64,000 bases of DNA from Harriotta raleighana. Its lineage: Eukaryota. The notes under the pieces were generated by a model that worked only from the letters and a program-made list of their open reading frames with translations, did not search any database and was not told the DNA's origin. The stretch lies in the NCBI GenBank assembly GCA_050575255.1, contig JBNZDD010013610.1:1534366-1598365 (forward strand). The letters are read 5' to 3'. The stretch's first letter is position 1; the number at the start of each line of letters is the position of its first letter. This document shows, piece after piece, positions 50,051 through 62,506 of this stretch. The position numbers and the translations under genes were made by a program.

Positions 50051-51889
50051 AATGGTTAGTTTTACTTGAGGGTAGTCGTGATAGTCTTGTCAAATATGCT
50101 CAATGATTTACCTCTCCCAGCTTAATGGCATATTTTGAACAGTTAGTGTAAAGCTGAGCATCTGCCCTACCCTTCCCCCCACCCCCCCACCACCCCCTCC
50201 CCGCCATTTGATTTTCTCACCGTCAGTCAGTAATTATCATGTTCTTGCACTATCTATGGAATGCCTGAAAGGTCAGATGTCAATGGAATCCAGCTTTAGA
50301 GGGAAATAAAGTGAGCACTGTTATTAGATACATCTTTACTGACTGCAATTCAGACGAGCGAAATTAACACAAACGTGCATACAGACACAGAAGAGGGGAA
50401 AAAAAACAAAAAGACTACATATTTGCACATGCTGTGGCCTGCACGGAAAGCCGTGTAAGAAAGAAAATAGCATCTCGCTGGGCAAGTAATGAAGCAGAGC
50501 TGATTATATTTTTAAAAAATGTACAGCAAGGCTCGATGTGGAGCCCGAGTCCCTTTGCAAGCATTCTGACCTCACTTACATATGTTATTTGAAGGAGTGG
50601 CGAGGAATTTATAAAGCATTACAGAAAACAAGGTTGTTATTTTCCCATAACTGTGAAAATCGTAACTCAAGAGTTGATTTTAAAAAAAGCCCTGAGAACT
50701 TGAGACAATCGCATTGACATTTGACATTGGCGGGCAGAGGCAGAGGAAAGGAAAGCTTTAGGCTGACTGTCAGTGACCCGGAGTCCTGTACGCCTCACCC
50801 CAGCTCCCCAACATGTGTTTCTCATTTCCTTGCTTATAGCAAGCCTAGGCTAATGATATGTGGCTTGGCAGGAGGCCCACCCTGGCATGCTGCCTGCCTT
50901 GTTTCTCATTGTTCAGACTACTTACTGAAGCTCTCTTTAGGGTTGCTTTATAGAATAGTAAACATTTAAGACGCTTTGTGTATCTGGGTGTACGCATTTC
51001 TATGTGAATGGATTCAACACACCCAGACAATAAGGCATGAAAAGACTGCCCAGGGGTGATGGTTAACTCAAACACAAAGCGGTGGAAATTAAAACAAGTC
51101 TGCCATTATCGTGTCCACTGTAAACACAGCACGATGCAGATATTCTGAGGGACGGTGGCATGGGAAAGTTTTGTCCAATGTTTCTGATCCATCAGATGAG
51201 ACAGCTCCTTATAAAGCATGGGAAGCAGAAACTGACACTAGGAAGAAGGCTGCTGGGGCTTTTAATTTGGCAGGTTCCTAAAGGGATTATGGTAGATTTA
51301 AAACCGTCATAACACAGCCTCTGCACTGTATTACTTTTTTCTGTGTGTATGTGTGTGTGTGTCTGGCAAGCTTTTTTCCAATTTTTTTTATGCAATTCCT
51401 GCTGTAAACTTTACAGCCATGGGATGTGACTGTGTTCAGGATACATCAAAATAATCCATAAGCCAAAGTATGTAGACATTTCTCCCAAGGGGTGGGAGCG
51501 GGAGTGGGAGTTTCAGGTACAAATACTTAAGTTAAAAGAGATTGGTTATATTTAGCTCATCGCTCTTCTAGTCACAGCCTCTCTATGGGCTCTATTCAAC
51601 ACAAAACGTCACATTAAGAACTCTATGGTAGATGGCAGAATGATTCAGTTTCCCACAAAACAGCTGCTGAGATCCCTATGATACTCAACATTAACAACCC
51701 GTTCACATTTAAAAGCCATGTACATTTGTGTATGTGTGTGTGTTCATATAGCTCATATGTGTATATATTATACACATAATAGGTTGCACCTTACTCAAAA
51801 GCCACCCACCTGGCTGGAGTTTCACTCATAATTCTTGATGTCACCTCAACCCTGTAGATATTATTTCCTTGATTATTATTAAAGGAATA

Positions 51890-52035
51890 GCACTGAGCCC
51901 TTTGTGGCCTGGTGGATAAAGCAATGTAGGCCAGGCGATGGCAGGTTTCATTCCCTGCTGACATTATGCTGAGTTAGCTGATCCTTACTACCCTTGGGCT
52001 AGGGAGTGGGCAAGTTGAGCAGGGCTCCTGCTCCT
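51890..52035 (+). mobile_element. Ancient SINE-like remnant
   Basis: gtggcctggtggataaagca (A-box-like), caggtttcattccctg (B-box-like), then tgctgagttagctgatc. Confidence 0.4.
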
Positions 52036-52325
52036 CAAAGGCTATCCAGAGACTCTCGCTTGGAAGTGTACATGTTTGGACATTGGGTGAGGACAAGATA
52101 GGTCAGAGCCAAGCCCAAATAGCCTGTCGACACTCACTGTGTAAGTACTAAACTTAGTACCGACATAGAACAAATGAATTGGCTTTGACCCTGGGCAGCA
52201 ACTGAGTTTTACAGTGTGCATTAATATTGTGGTCACTTCTCTGCTACACCTATAATGACAGAGATAACACTGAGAACACACATAAATAAATGACTGTTTT
52301 ATTAATAATAATTTTTTTAAAATTA

Positions 52326-52432
52326 AATAATAAATAAGAATCATTGCATTTGATATAATGACTTATCGCGTCACAAAAACACCTCTAAGCGCTTTACAGG
52401 TTTTTACTGTAAAATGTTGTGACTATATTATT
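52326..52432 (-). mobile_element. SINE 3' fragment
   Basis: ttgcatttgatata...cttatcgcgtc...aagcgctttacag. Confidence 0.75.
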
Positions 52433-52748
52433 TCTAGGGCGAGCAAGATGCATTATCGAAAGTTGGAATATAGTACAGAACATAGGAATAAAGTAGAAAA
52501 TCTCAAAGCTTTAACTGGGCACCAGGTGGCACTGATTTAAAAGAACCCAACATAGTGTTGATTTCAAATATGTTCCATTAGAGATCATAGTTGCACTTGT
52601 ATCTGGGGTTTCAGGTGTGTTCTTCACACACAGAAATGAAAGGAAGCAGAATTAATGTGTTTTGTTTTTTCATTAAACATTTTTAGACTAAGAAATTCAG
52701 CTTCTCGTTATCAACACGCTATCTGCTATCAGATTTAGGTATCTGCTA

Positions 52749-52793
52749 TCTAGAAGACATGAAAAGTCATATGTCAAATGCAGGGATTATTAT
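52749..52793 (+). mobile_element. Short SINE tail
   Basis: gaagacatgaaaag...tcaaatgcagggattattatt. Confidence 0.7.
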
Positions 52794-52851
52794 TCTTTTC
52801 ATTATGATCAAGTCTAGGTGTTTCTTTCCTGCGATATTGGCAGAAGGTTGG

Positions 52852-53010
52852 ATAATAAAAATAATAACAATAATCCTTGCATTTGAAATAGTACCTTACC
52901 ACATCATGGAGACATTTCAAAGCGGCTTCGCAAAATATATTATTCAGTGGATTAACTGTGTATTTCGTGGCCGAAATGCTGGAACCCATTGCGCTCACCC
53001 ATTGTCCCAC
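52852..53010 (-). mobile_element. SINE 3' half
   Basis: aataatccttgcatttgaaatag...ccattgcgc...tgtcccac. Confidence 0.8.
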
Positions 53011-53073
53011 AACAACAACAACAACTTCGATTTATATAGCACCCTCCACGCCAGATGGCGTCTCAGAGCGCTT
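53011..53073 (-). mobile_element. L2-type tail, (TTG)n, abutting the SINE
   Basis: aacaacaacaacaacttcgatttatatagcacc...cgtctcagagcgctt. Confidence 0.7.
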
Positions 53074-54284
53074 CGAATAGTTGTTTGAAGATCGGGTGTC
53101 TTTAAAGGAATGGTGGAAAAATAAGAGAAGGAATAACTTCCACTCCATTTGTTGCATCTGTTGCTATTTAGTGTGATTTTATCCCCTCTGCAAATTTTCG
53201 TCTTCACAGGTAGAAATGCAGATGGGGCAGTCGGGGTAGCGGAAACAAACGTATTGGTTTATTCAAAAAAACCTCAACAGGGGAAACCAACACTTTGTGA
53301 CTAAGGACACATGTGCAACAATGGAGTCTAAAACTAGCAAATTACATTCAGGTTATTATGTAGGCATCAAAGACAATTTCACGGCTCAAGCCACCTATTA
53401 TTTTACACAAGTGAAACTTGAGAGTTGTTAATTGGTATGTGTGAGATCTGAAATAATTGTGCAAAACAGTCACTGCTCTCTGACTTGAGCAACAAATTTT
53501 TGTTTGAAAAAAATATTGCCAAGACTAAACCATCATCTCACCTAAGATTGTTAAGTAAAACTTTCTTCTGCTCGCATGAAAGGCCTGCATGACTCATTAG
53601 CGCCTGTGGTGCCTGTGAGATATGGTCCTTTTGCAGGAGAGAGATTAGGGAGAGGTGCTTTTCTCAGGTTAGGGTCAGGGTGTGTTTTCAGGGCAATATA
53701 AAACATTGCCTCTATTGTAATAAATCAACCTATGGCACCCTGTCCTCGCCTTGCTGTGGAGGATTTTGAACTTCAGATGTGGGTTTGAAACGATTTTAAC
53801 GCAGACTACACTATTATGGTGTGCTGTCTGAACACACTGTGAGAATGCCACTGCCCATCTGGAATTATTTGTGTTTCTGTGTGTAAGGATCCGTCTATAA
53901 TTGTCATCATCTTTCACAAGGCTGTCAGGAATGTGTGTGCGTGTGGGGGTAGGGGGGTGGGGGGGCTGGGGAGGAGTGGGGGGAGATATATACATATCCA
54001 TATACATGCATGGATGTAAGCATGAACATGTAGAATTTAATCGTAAAATGGTCAAGCATTCATTATTTTTCACTGTAAACTTTCAAGAATGGAATCAAAA
54101 ACTCCATTCTGATGACCTGTGAGCTATAGAATGTCAGTAATATCTCAAATTTGGAAAATTGTTGAAAAGTATGATAAAAAGTATATTTTGGGAAGAGTCT
54201 GACTCCAATGGTCACACTTTCGAAACTAAATGTACTTGCACTGCTGTTTCTACTAGCTGTAAGTATAAGCTATAGGCAAACTCA

Positions 54285-54426
54285 GTTAGACTTGAGAAGA
54301 AAACAGAGTGATGTAGGAGAGGGGATTAGGAAGAGTGGCCATTCACTTGGGGGTTTAAACATTGGCACAAACTAATTGGGCCGAATGGCCGATTCGTGTG
54401 CCTGTAACACTCAATATAATTCTATG
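54285..54426 (+). mobile_element. CR1 3' end
   Basis: taaacattggcacaaactaattgggccgaatggcc...ctgtaa...aattctatg. Confidence 0.7.
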
Positions 54427-55211
54427 CCTTTGTGACATTACCTCGCACAGCAACTGTTTTCTCCCGCACTGAGAATAGAACAGAGCCTTTACAGAGCAAC
54501 AGGGCAAGACAGTTTTATATGTTGTCAGTTTAAGAAGCAGAGAAGACTAAGCAGACTTCAGGGTTTTGAACAAAACATGGCTCCTGATGAAGGGTATCAG
54601 TGAGTCACTCTTCTCTTTCTATATTCCTTGCACTGTGTTCCTCACAAGAGGGTCCCTCACTGCGACATGCAACACTTAAGACCCTGCCATCAGTAGCACA
54701 GCATGCCTGCTTTGGTGGCAACAATAAGATGGGTCTCTGAGGGAGACGATTTATCACACTCCGGTATAACGTGAGGCCTGATAGCCCTAAAAGTTGGCAA
54801 ACTTAAATCAATACTCTCGTTCCTGAAAGGATCAAAAGACAGCAGTGCCTCTGAGACTGCTGTAACGGATAAACTCAATACCAGTGAGGCTAATCAGCTG
54901 TTGATCTCCTGGCAGATTCCCTGACAGCTCCTAGACCAAGCCGGACCCCCATGTGAGACATCGTTCATTTCATTCCATAGCAGAACCAGGCCAGGGATAT
55001 GTGAAGAACCACATCATCTGATTCAAAAGGCTTCAGGTAGAAATATTCAGCAAAATTATTGGCAATCTATTTAATTATCCAAACTATATTATAATATAAG
55101 GGGAAGGTTTTCCAATGTCAGGTTAAACTGTTATGAAGCAAGAGGGACACACAGGTCAAACAAGGTGTTGTGTCAGAAAGAAACTACAGGCATGTCATGC
55201 ATTTCAAAGTT

Positions 55212-55357
55212 ATTTGTAGGATTTTGCTGTGCGCAAATTGCCTGACACGATTGCCTACAAACTTCAGAGTCACTACACTTTACAATAAATCCTGTGGAAC
55301 ACTTTGAGAAGTTCCGATGACTTGGTAAGGCACTATATCCATTGCAAGGATTATTAT
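55212..55357 (+). mobile_element. SINE 3' fragment
   Basis: ttgctgtgcgcaaattg...gtcactacactttac...taaggcactatatccattgcaaggattatta. Confidence 0.8.
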
Positions 55358-56704
55358 ACTATTAGTATTATTATAACATTGTCTCAGTCAATGACCGTCT
55401 GTCTTTTCTTGTATCTTGCTACTTACCATGTCTGAATGTTGAGCAGCAAATCTGAAGGGACTTGTTGCATTCAAGCCAAATTTTGTGGAAGAAATGAGCT
55501 ATCGAACCTCTCTGCATAGAATACAAGAAATGATACATTAATTCCTTCCATAAACCACGCATAATTTGCTAAATCATGCTCCACCGTACATATTTAAACA
55601 GGAAGGAAAGTTTTAGGGCGAGTACAGTATTTTTAGTTTAAATTCTCTCAGCTATACTCGGAAGCGACAGTCATTAGTAGGGTTTTACCGCTTCTATTAT
55701 ACCCAAATTTCTTTGTTTTTTTGGGGCTCAGAATTTAATGCTAAATATGACATTTTATTGACCTGTGGCTATTTTTATGGAGAAAACCCATGTGACGTTC
55801 ACCAGTCTGTAATGCATTGCATCCCTGACAATTGCATTTCTCTCTTTTAGTTTAAGACCAGTTCTAATTTTATAGTCAATTAAAGGCACTGTTTGTAGTT
55901 CATGATGTTGATATTCATTTCAGAGATGGCATTTCCTTTTCCATCCCTGACTTGGCTGTGTTTTATATACGATCATCAAGCATCAACATTTGCATAGCAT
56001 GAGACCTTGCTTCTGCCATCTGTTTGTGAGAAAGAAAAAAGAAATGAAGAATCAGACAAGGGGTGGTGGGGGAGCGGGGTGGGGGATAGAGATGTGAATA
56101 ATAGAAGCCAAAGGAGAAAGCAAAGTGTGTTTTCACCATTGCAGCTGTTAATGCTAAAACCCAGTAAGTCAGCATGAAACAGACCTCTGAAGATTCAGTA
56201 TGACTTTTACTCAGTCAGAATAATTGCAATTTTCCAGAATGGAGTGATGTACCTTGTGTTACAAGAAGGGCCCTCCTATTTGTAGCTCACAGTGAAATGA
56301 AGGAACCCCATTGTCCCACTTTTGGGATCATGGTAGATACACCTATCTCCCCTGTTTAAGACGATGTGAAAGAACAAGCTAAAATGATTATTCAATCAAT
56401 AGCACTACATTAGTTTGCTTTACTTCAATATCTGTATCAAAACTGTGTTCAGACATCATCACTGTGAGTATTGCAGAAAGTATTGCGTGATATTTTATTA
56501 CAGACTTTTTCATACAATTTCCAGATATTAGAGACAGGGTTTTCTAATGGAGGAAGTACAGAAAGAGATATCACTCAGGACAATGTCTAGTCTCAGACAG
56601 ACCAATTACAGTGTTCACCGAGGTACAAGTGCAGCTAAAAAATTCATAAGTAAGTGTGAATTGACGTGTTCAAATGTAGAAATGAATGCATATAAAATTT
56701 AGTA

Positions 56705-56772
56705 TTCAAAGCCTTGGGACTTCCTCCTGATTTGAAAGGCACCATACAAGTGTAATTTTGTTGTTGTTGTTG
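56705..56772 (+). mobile_element. L2-type 3' tail, (TTG)n
   Basis: gccttgggacttcctcctgatttgaaaggcac...ttgttgttgttg. Confidence 0.8.
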
Positions 56773-57166
56773 TAGAATTGGGACTGCTACTGAGCTTGGA
56801 CTAAGGATTGATAAAAAATATTAAATGGATTATTGGTAAATCTGCCCGAAGGAATATTTCCAAATGAATACTCATTTTAAGGTCTCACTTTTGTTTTGGG
56901 CAAAATGAAGTAGCTGGCATCATTGTCCTTTTAGCCTTCATGCGGAGTAGAATTCTGGAAAGAATGTATAATTGGACTATAATATATAAGTATATATATG
57001 TAGAATATATTGAGGAGCTCAATAATTGAAATTTACTGAGATATTATGCCACCTTATTATAGTGCTGATGTGTGAGGAACAGAATTTCTTATAGCACTCA
57101 ACCTTTTGAATTTAAGCTTGGTCCATTGTTGGGATGTAAATGTTTCGCCTGTGGGGCATTCGATCG

Positions 57167-57247
57167 GTTGACTTTGCAGGGTATTTTGTGAGGTGCTTTA
57201 AGACGTCTGGAGGATGTTGTGGAGTGCTAGGTCAAAGGCAAGAATTA
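57167..57247 (+). mobile_element. Degraded SINE tail
   Basis: tattttgtgaggtgctttaagacgtctgg...tcaaaggcaagaatt. Confidence 0.55.
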
Positions 57248-58226
57248 ATCTTCTTCTATAAAACGACAATGTCTATCTGTGCTTCAAGAAAGATCTCTAT
57301 AACCAATTAACATATAGACATGATTTATACCTCATTGGAATCTGGGAGTGACATGGGTATATTTGCTTTCAGTTATCGTTCGTATCGTTCATGAGTTATT
57401 TTCAGTTTTGCCTTTTTCTCTGCAGTTACACCTGCTGGCTGCCAAGTCAAAGTGTCACTGTGGCATTGTGTATCACCGAGCATACACATGTAGCCAAGCG
57501 GCGGAACAAAATCAAGAACATAGACAAAGCTAAGCCGTAGCAACAACAACAAAATTACATTTTTAACGCGCCGAATCCTCCTACTGAGTCCTCCCAAAAG
57601 GAGTCCTCCCACTGAACACCTCCCAGAGGAGGAGAAATAAAAATAAAATGTCTGTCTGTGTGTCAATCTACATTCCGTACTGGATCTTTTGGTTGCAATG
57701 GGTACAACTAGTATAATTTTAAATGACTGAATTAATGTTGTCTGGAGAGAAGGAAAATGACTAAATTAATTATTCATCTCAGTGCAGACTTTTTGATTTG
57801 AACCTTGCCGGTCTGAGAACGTTTTTCCTGAATCTAAGAGAAACAGGAGATACATGGGAGACACTTAATTGGTGTAACATTCACAACCAGGATGAAGCTA
57901 TTACCGCCTCTGGCTGTAACAATGGGAACACAGTTTAAGGGATTAAATTTAAGATTGCTAAATTTAAGCAAGCGAGGGATAAAAAAATTGAGGAACTAAA
58001 CAGGAGTTGAGTTGGATTACTGCCAGTATCGCCCGGCCAGCTCCCAGGAACAGCAAGTATTATTTATTTCTGTATTTTTCTAGCTCCCGCATTAGGATTT
58101 CCACTGTATAGTCATATCAAGTTAAAATAAAAGCCCTTTTAAATGAGACTTAGTCAGATCTCGGTGTAAATTACACAGAACCCAATACCATGGTCAAGCT
58201 AGAAAGAAAGCAGCTCTTTCAAGTTG

Positions 58227-58331
58227 TAATAATAATGATCCTTGAATATGTTATAGCGCCTTGTCACATCATTGAGACGTCTCAAAGCACTTCACACAAT
58301 ATGCTGTAAAGTGGATTGACTGTGTATGTTG
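58227..58331 (-). mobile_element. SINE 3' fragment
   Basis: tatagcgccttgtcacatc..gagacgtctcaaagcacttcaca...gtaaagtggattgactgt. Confidence 0.85.
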
Positions 58332-58559
58332 CAGGTGAAATGTTGATTTCCTAACAGAATTTATCGAATTAACTGCATATAAATGTAAGTTATTTTACAT
58401 AACGATAGTCCAAGATGCCTGTTGGGGTGTACCAACAAGATTAAAAAGATTAAAAAGAAAACAACAACAGATCAGTCAAGTAAAGTGCCTAAGTTGTAGA
58501 AAAGTTGAGTTATCTTAGCCTGATTTTTTTTAAAAAGCCTGAATTTTATACAGTGCCTT

Positions 58560-58790
58560 AGCAAATCAAATTGCTTTACACAATGAGTTACTGTTTGGAA
58601 GTTACTGTGTAGAGTTAAATGGCACCAGTAATGTCTCAAAACCAACAACAACATGAATAACCAATTTTGCTTGAATTAGGGAGGAGTATTAACCAGAACA
58701 CTCGGAGACCTCGCTGCTCTTCTCTAACCCAGTGCCGTGGCATCTTTCGCTGGACCAAATAGACCTTTGACTTAGCGTCGCGTCCAACAG
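58560..58790 (-). mobile_element. Deu-domain SINE remnant
   Basis: ccagaacactcggagacctcgctgctcttct...agtgccgtggcatcttt...ttagcgtcgcgtcc, the reverse complement of a Deu-like core. Confidence 0.65.
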
Positions 58791-59476
58791 TTGTGAAATT
58801 AGACATTTGACACGAGAGGAGATTCTTCCACTTGTCTAGTGGGAACAGAAGTACATGTCCCTACTTGCACTTAATCACCTATTGCTAGTTCTCAAGATAA
58901 AATACTGTAGATCTTGATCCTACTTCTACCCCTCTTTTTACTGCTTTCCTTTGCGTGGCCTCTTGCAAGGTCAGAGATTTCAGGGAAGAAAACAGTGGGG
59001 GGAAAAGAAGCCACAAAGAAAGATTTCAGTAAAAAAAATGCATCTCAAAAGTATCTTTTTATGAGACTTTGTGCGTGTTCTCCTCCCTACATCATTTTTA
59101 CTGGGTTTTTTTTACTCTGTCATTAGTTCAACATTTCATTTCTTTGTTTTTCTCTTCGCTTCTGTTTTTGATAAACCTTCCCTTTCTTCACAGCTACTTC
59201 TTTAACCGTTCCCTTCGCCTCATCTCTCCCTCGATTCAAATTCTCCAGCCACAGCTGATCAAGCGGCGAGTTTATGAGAACGAACAATTTTTCTGTTTTT
59301 TTGTGTAACATCTATTTAAAGACCTGGCTTATTTTGATTGCCTTTCTTTTCGCTAAATTGTTGTTGCGAAGTGGGAATAAGTCTTAAATAAATAAATGCT
59401 AAGATTATCGTCATTCCAATATTGCTGTCCACTAGAATGAGATGCAACAGTTCAGAAAAGTGGTTGGAGGAGTTAA

Positions 59477-59577
59477 TACACCGTCAATTAACTTCACAGT
59501 ACTGTATATTCTGTGAAGAGCTTTTAGACATCTCGAAAACGTGATGAGGCGCTGTATCAAATGCAAGGATTATTATT
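59477..59577 (+). mobile_element. SINE 3' fragment
   Basis: tatattctgtgaagagc...cgtgatgaggcgctgtatcaaatgcaaggattattatt. Confidence 0.9.
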
Positions 59578-59946
59578 GTTAAAAGAGCAGGAAAGCTTCA
59601 GTGTACCTTGTTGAAACTGTGAAGGATTCAAGCAACTTTCTTTTTACAACGTATCTGTTGAACTGTTTACACAGTGACATCAAACACTGGCTGGGTTTTA
59701 AACGAGTATTTCCAGCATTTGGATTTGAAACCTTTGACTGATGGGGCACAAGATGTGTACCCTTGAAATAAATATTAGGGTTGGCAGCTCCCACGGAGGG
59801 TCATTGGGGGTAATTGGAAACATATTTAGATTCATTCAAATAAGGATTAACTGCACTGGTTAATTAAGTGTTTTATTTTTCACTTTACTTCAAGCTGCTT
59901 TGTGAAATTCTAACTCTCACTGCAAATTTAATTAATTAAAGGAGGA

Positions 59947-60269
59947 AATAATAATAATAATAATCCTTGCATTTGATGCAGCGCTCTTCACATCTTCTGG
60001 ACGTTTCAAAGCGCTTCACACAACACACTGTGAAGTGAATTGACTGTGTATTTGTGGGCGAAACGCGGCAGCCAATTGCACACAGCAGTGTCCCCACAAA
60101 CAGTCGTGGATTGAAATGGCCAATTTATTATTGTTTTTTTTAATCCAGGGAGTATTATTATTAGGCGTGTGGAGTAAAGGAAACTTGTCCGAGGTTTCTC
60201 TCTGGCCTGGAATCGAAGCCAGGTCTCTCGCTTGCAAGGCATGTGCTCCAACCACTAAGCTACAGGACT
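59947..60269 (-). mobile_element. Full-length tRNA(Ala)-derived SINE with L2-type tail and (TTA)n end
   Basis: Minus: agtcctgTAGCTTAGTGGttggagcacatgccTTGCAagcgagagacctGGCTTCGATTCCaggcc (A box, TGC anticodon-like loop, B box), linker, then the tail shared with about 25 fragments. Confidence 0.9.
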
Positions 60270-61073
60270 GCACAATCAGGCTGCTTCCTTGTGTTGCATC
60301 ACAGTGGAGACCGTAATTGATCTGGAGGTGTGTCATTTCCCCCTGTAAGATTTTGGCACGTGTGGTTAGAGTCGGCGAAGTAACACCACCAGCTGCTCAT
60401 GCTCATGTCACCCTCGTGCACTTTGTGTTTTGTTAGCAGAGTTGCTTTCATTTGTTTTTGCTTTTGTGAAAAGGAAATTTGAGAGTTGATTCCAGCTCCT
60501 GGCTTCCCCGGTAATGACTTTGGATGTGCCTTACCGTTCGTGTGCCAGAGAGGCTCCTTCCTTTTCCCTCCACAGAGAACCTCCTCCTCCTTGACAGCTT
60601 CTCGCCCCTCCACTGGGAGATTCACTTCGGCTTTGAGTCAATTTCAGATTCATTCCAGAGTGGAAATAAGAATAATGTTGACAATAGGGCTTTAAAGCCA
60701 TTGCAAGTGACATTTATATTAATAGCATCAGGAAAATGAAGAGGATTCTGTATTCACTTTCTCCACTGAACTCCAGGCACTCAATAGCAAGTGATATTGA
60801 TTTTATCTCCTCCCCCCCACCCCCTGCTCCCGCACCTTCCCCTTTCCACTCATCACTCACACCCAAAAGCGGCTTCCTGCTGAACTGTGTTTCATATTGT
60901 TCTTTATCAATGACTGTGTCTTAATCAATTCACAATGTGTATTCAATGTTAGCATTACAAAGACCCAGATAGCATTGGTCTTTTCTGGTCTTTAACAAAT
61001 GGAGCATGTATATAGGAAGCGAAAATGATGGGTTTGGCTGTGCTGCATTTTGCAAATAGCATCAAGAGTCCCA

Positions 61074-61634
61074 TTTATTTCAATTAATAGCTGAAGTTCA
61101 GAACGGTTGCAGCCCATTGCTGTTGCCCAGCAGACAGAACTTAGACACTTATACAGGAAACACAATTCTGGAGTAAGGGAAACAGCTGCTGAAGCTGTTT
61201 AATATACAGAGGATATCCCTCAGAGCGCATTTAACTCTTGAGGACAGTCTTGAGTATGAGACACTGCGCTGCTCACAGGAGCCACAGCAGTGAGTGAGTG
61301 AGTGAGTAAACAAAACAAAGCCACTGATGTGATTCTGTATATATAACTGGTTCTATTGGTAGTGTTTTTTTTACTCAGCAACAAACGATACACAGAAAAG
61401 GTTTCCGGATAGAAATCCGGGCATCAACCCTGTCGACTTGAGCGAAGAAGTCTCGATTCCGAAGTAACATTCATACATATATATCTGTATATATATATAT
61501 ATGTGTATTTTATATATTTTTTGAAATCCTCCTTAAAGGATACTGCAATTCGTTCAGTTATAAAGTGCAGTTGGTCACCTTGAAACAACTGCTCCACACA
61601 TTCACTGTGACAGCACTACCTTCCTTTTTTTGTA
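61074..61634 (-). other. Candidate terminal exon (short coding tail plus 3'UTR)
   Basis: Strong acceptor ctaat-ctgttcctttcttcctctgtttcag|; reads x-TKKGR* (phase 2) or YKKRKVVLSQ* (phase 0); AATAAA on minus at 61079-61074. Confidence 0.4.
61290..61307. repeat. (GAGT)n microsatellite
   Basis: Direct reading. Confidence 0.85.
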
Positions 61635-61685
61635 CTGAAACAGAGGAAGAAAGGAACAGATTAGATGTGTGCTGTGATATGGTGG

Positions 61686-61809
61686 TTATACTTGGGATAT
61701 CATCGGAAGTGCAGTTTTTGTTCTTTTTTTAAGTCGTTCATGGTGCCAAGACGCCCTCTCCATTGCTATCCATGACTGCCCAGGGGAGTTGAGATCTAAT
61801 CTATCATCA
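61686..61809 (-). CDS. Candidate alternative last coding exon DDRLDLNSPGQSW...TALPMISQV* (parent gene unidentified)
   Basis: Acceptor ctgat...ctgtcttgtttcatttcacccag|T; open frame of 40 codons ending S-Q-V-stop. Confidence 0.3.
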
Positions 61810-62400
61810 CTGGGTGAAATGAAACAAGACAGTTTGGGGGGAATATCAGTCTGTGGCCATTGGTACAAGCTGTGTGGAAAGCATGAGACAGACAGCTCAC
61901 ATCCTTACTAGGAGTTTGAGGATGAAGAATTTCTCTCTCTTTCTCTCACTCGTAGAAACAAACACAACCAACCAAAGAGGTTAATCCTGAGCGATATTTG
62001 CTCCAAACCAGGTTAGATCTGCGGAGGGTGACACATGGACTGACTGCTTTTCATAAGGCAAAAGAGCAATTAGAGGGGGAGAGGAGGGGAATCAAATCAT
62101 AAGGAAATAAACCAAGCTGATTTCAATATTGGACAGACATCTCTGTGGATCTATTTAACTGTTAAAAACACGGAATATCATAGCGCTAAAACAAGCTATT
62201 GAGCCTAACTTGTTTGTGTGGGTGTTATATTCCACTCAAGCCCCCCCACTCACTCCCACCAGCCCCTCCCCTCACAATTCCCCCCTATATTCCCTCCCAC
62301 TCCATCCATGCCTCAATACAGTATTTACTGATTGAAGCGTCTGTGTGCTTTTGTTTCTCTCTGTGTTCGAAAGAATTCGGAGGAAAAGTGTAGAATTTGA

Positions 62401-62506
62401 TCAAACTCTCTGGACATCAAAATTACACTTGAATGTTCTCTGGACAGGCGACAAGGGCTTGATCTGATTGTTACTGTGAAGCAACACTATAAGAGCTGGA
62501 TTATTT
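62401..62506 (-). CDS. Candidate alternative last coding exon NNPALIVLL...FDVQRV* (parent gene unidentified)
   Basis: Acceptor ctgatatttcactgtttcag|A; same phase as the 61809 candidate; 34 open codons. Confidence 0.2.

Noticed and set aside
53945-53983. G-quadruplex-like G-runs (also near 495-540, 9600-9635)
   Set aside because: Such G/C runs are frequent throughout this window and nothing singles these out as functional.
60200-60269. tRNA-Ala gene
   Set aside because: It runs directly into the SINE body, with no proper acceptor stem or poly-T terminator.
61200-61900. Plus-strand 5'UTR with uORFs
   Set aside because: Plus-strand ATGs give only very short frames; the minus-strand acceptors explain the block better.
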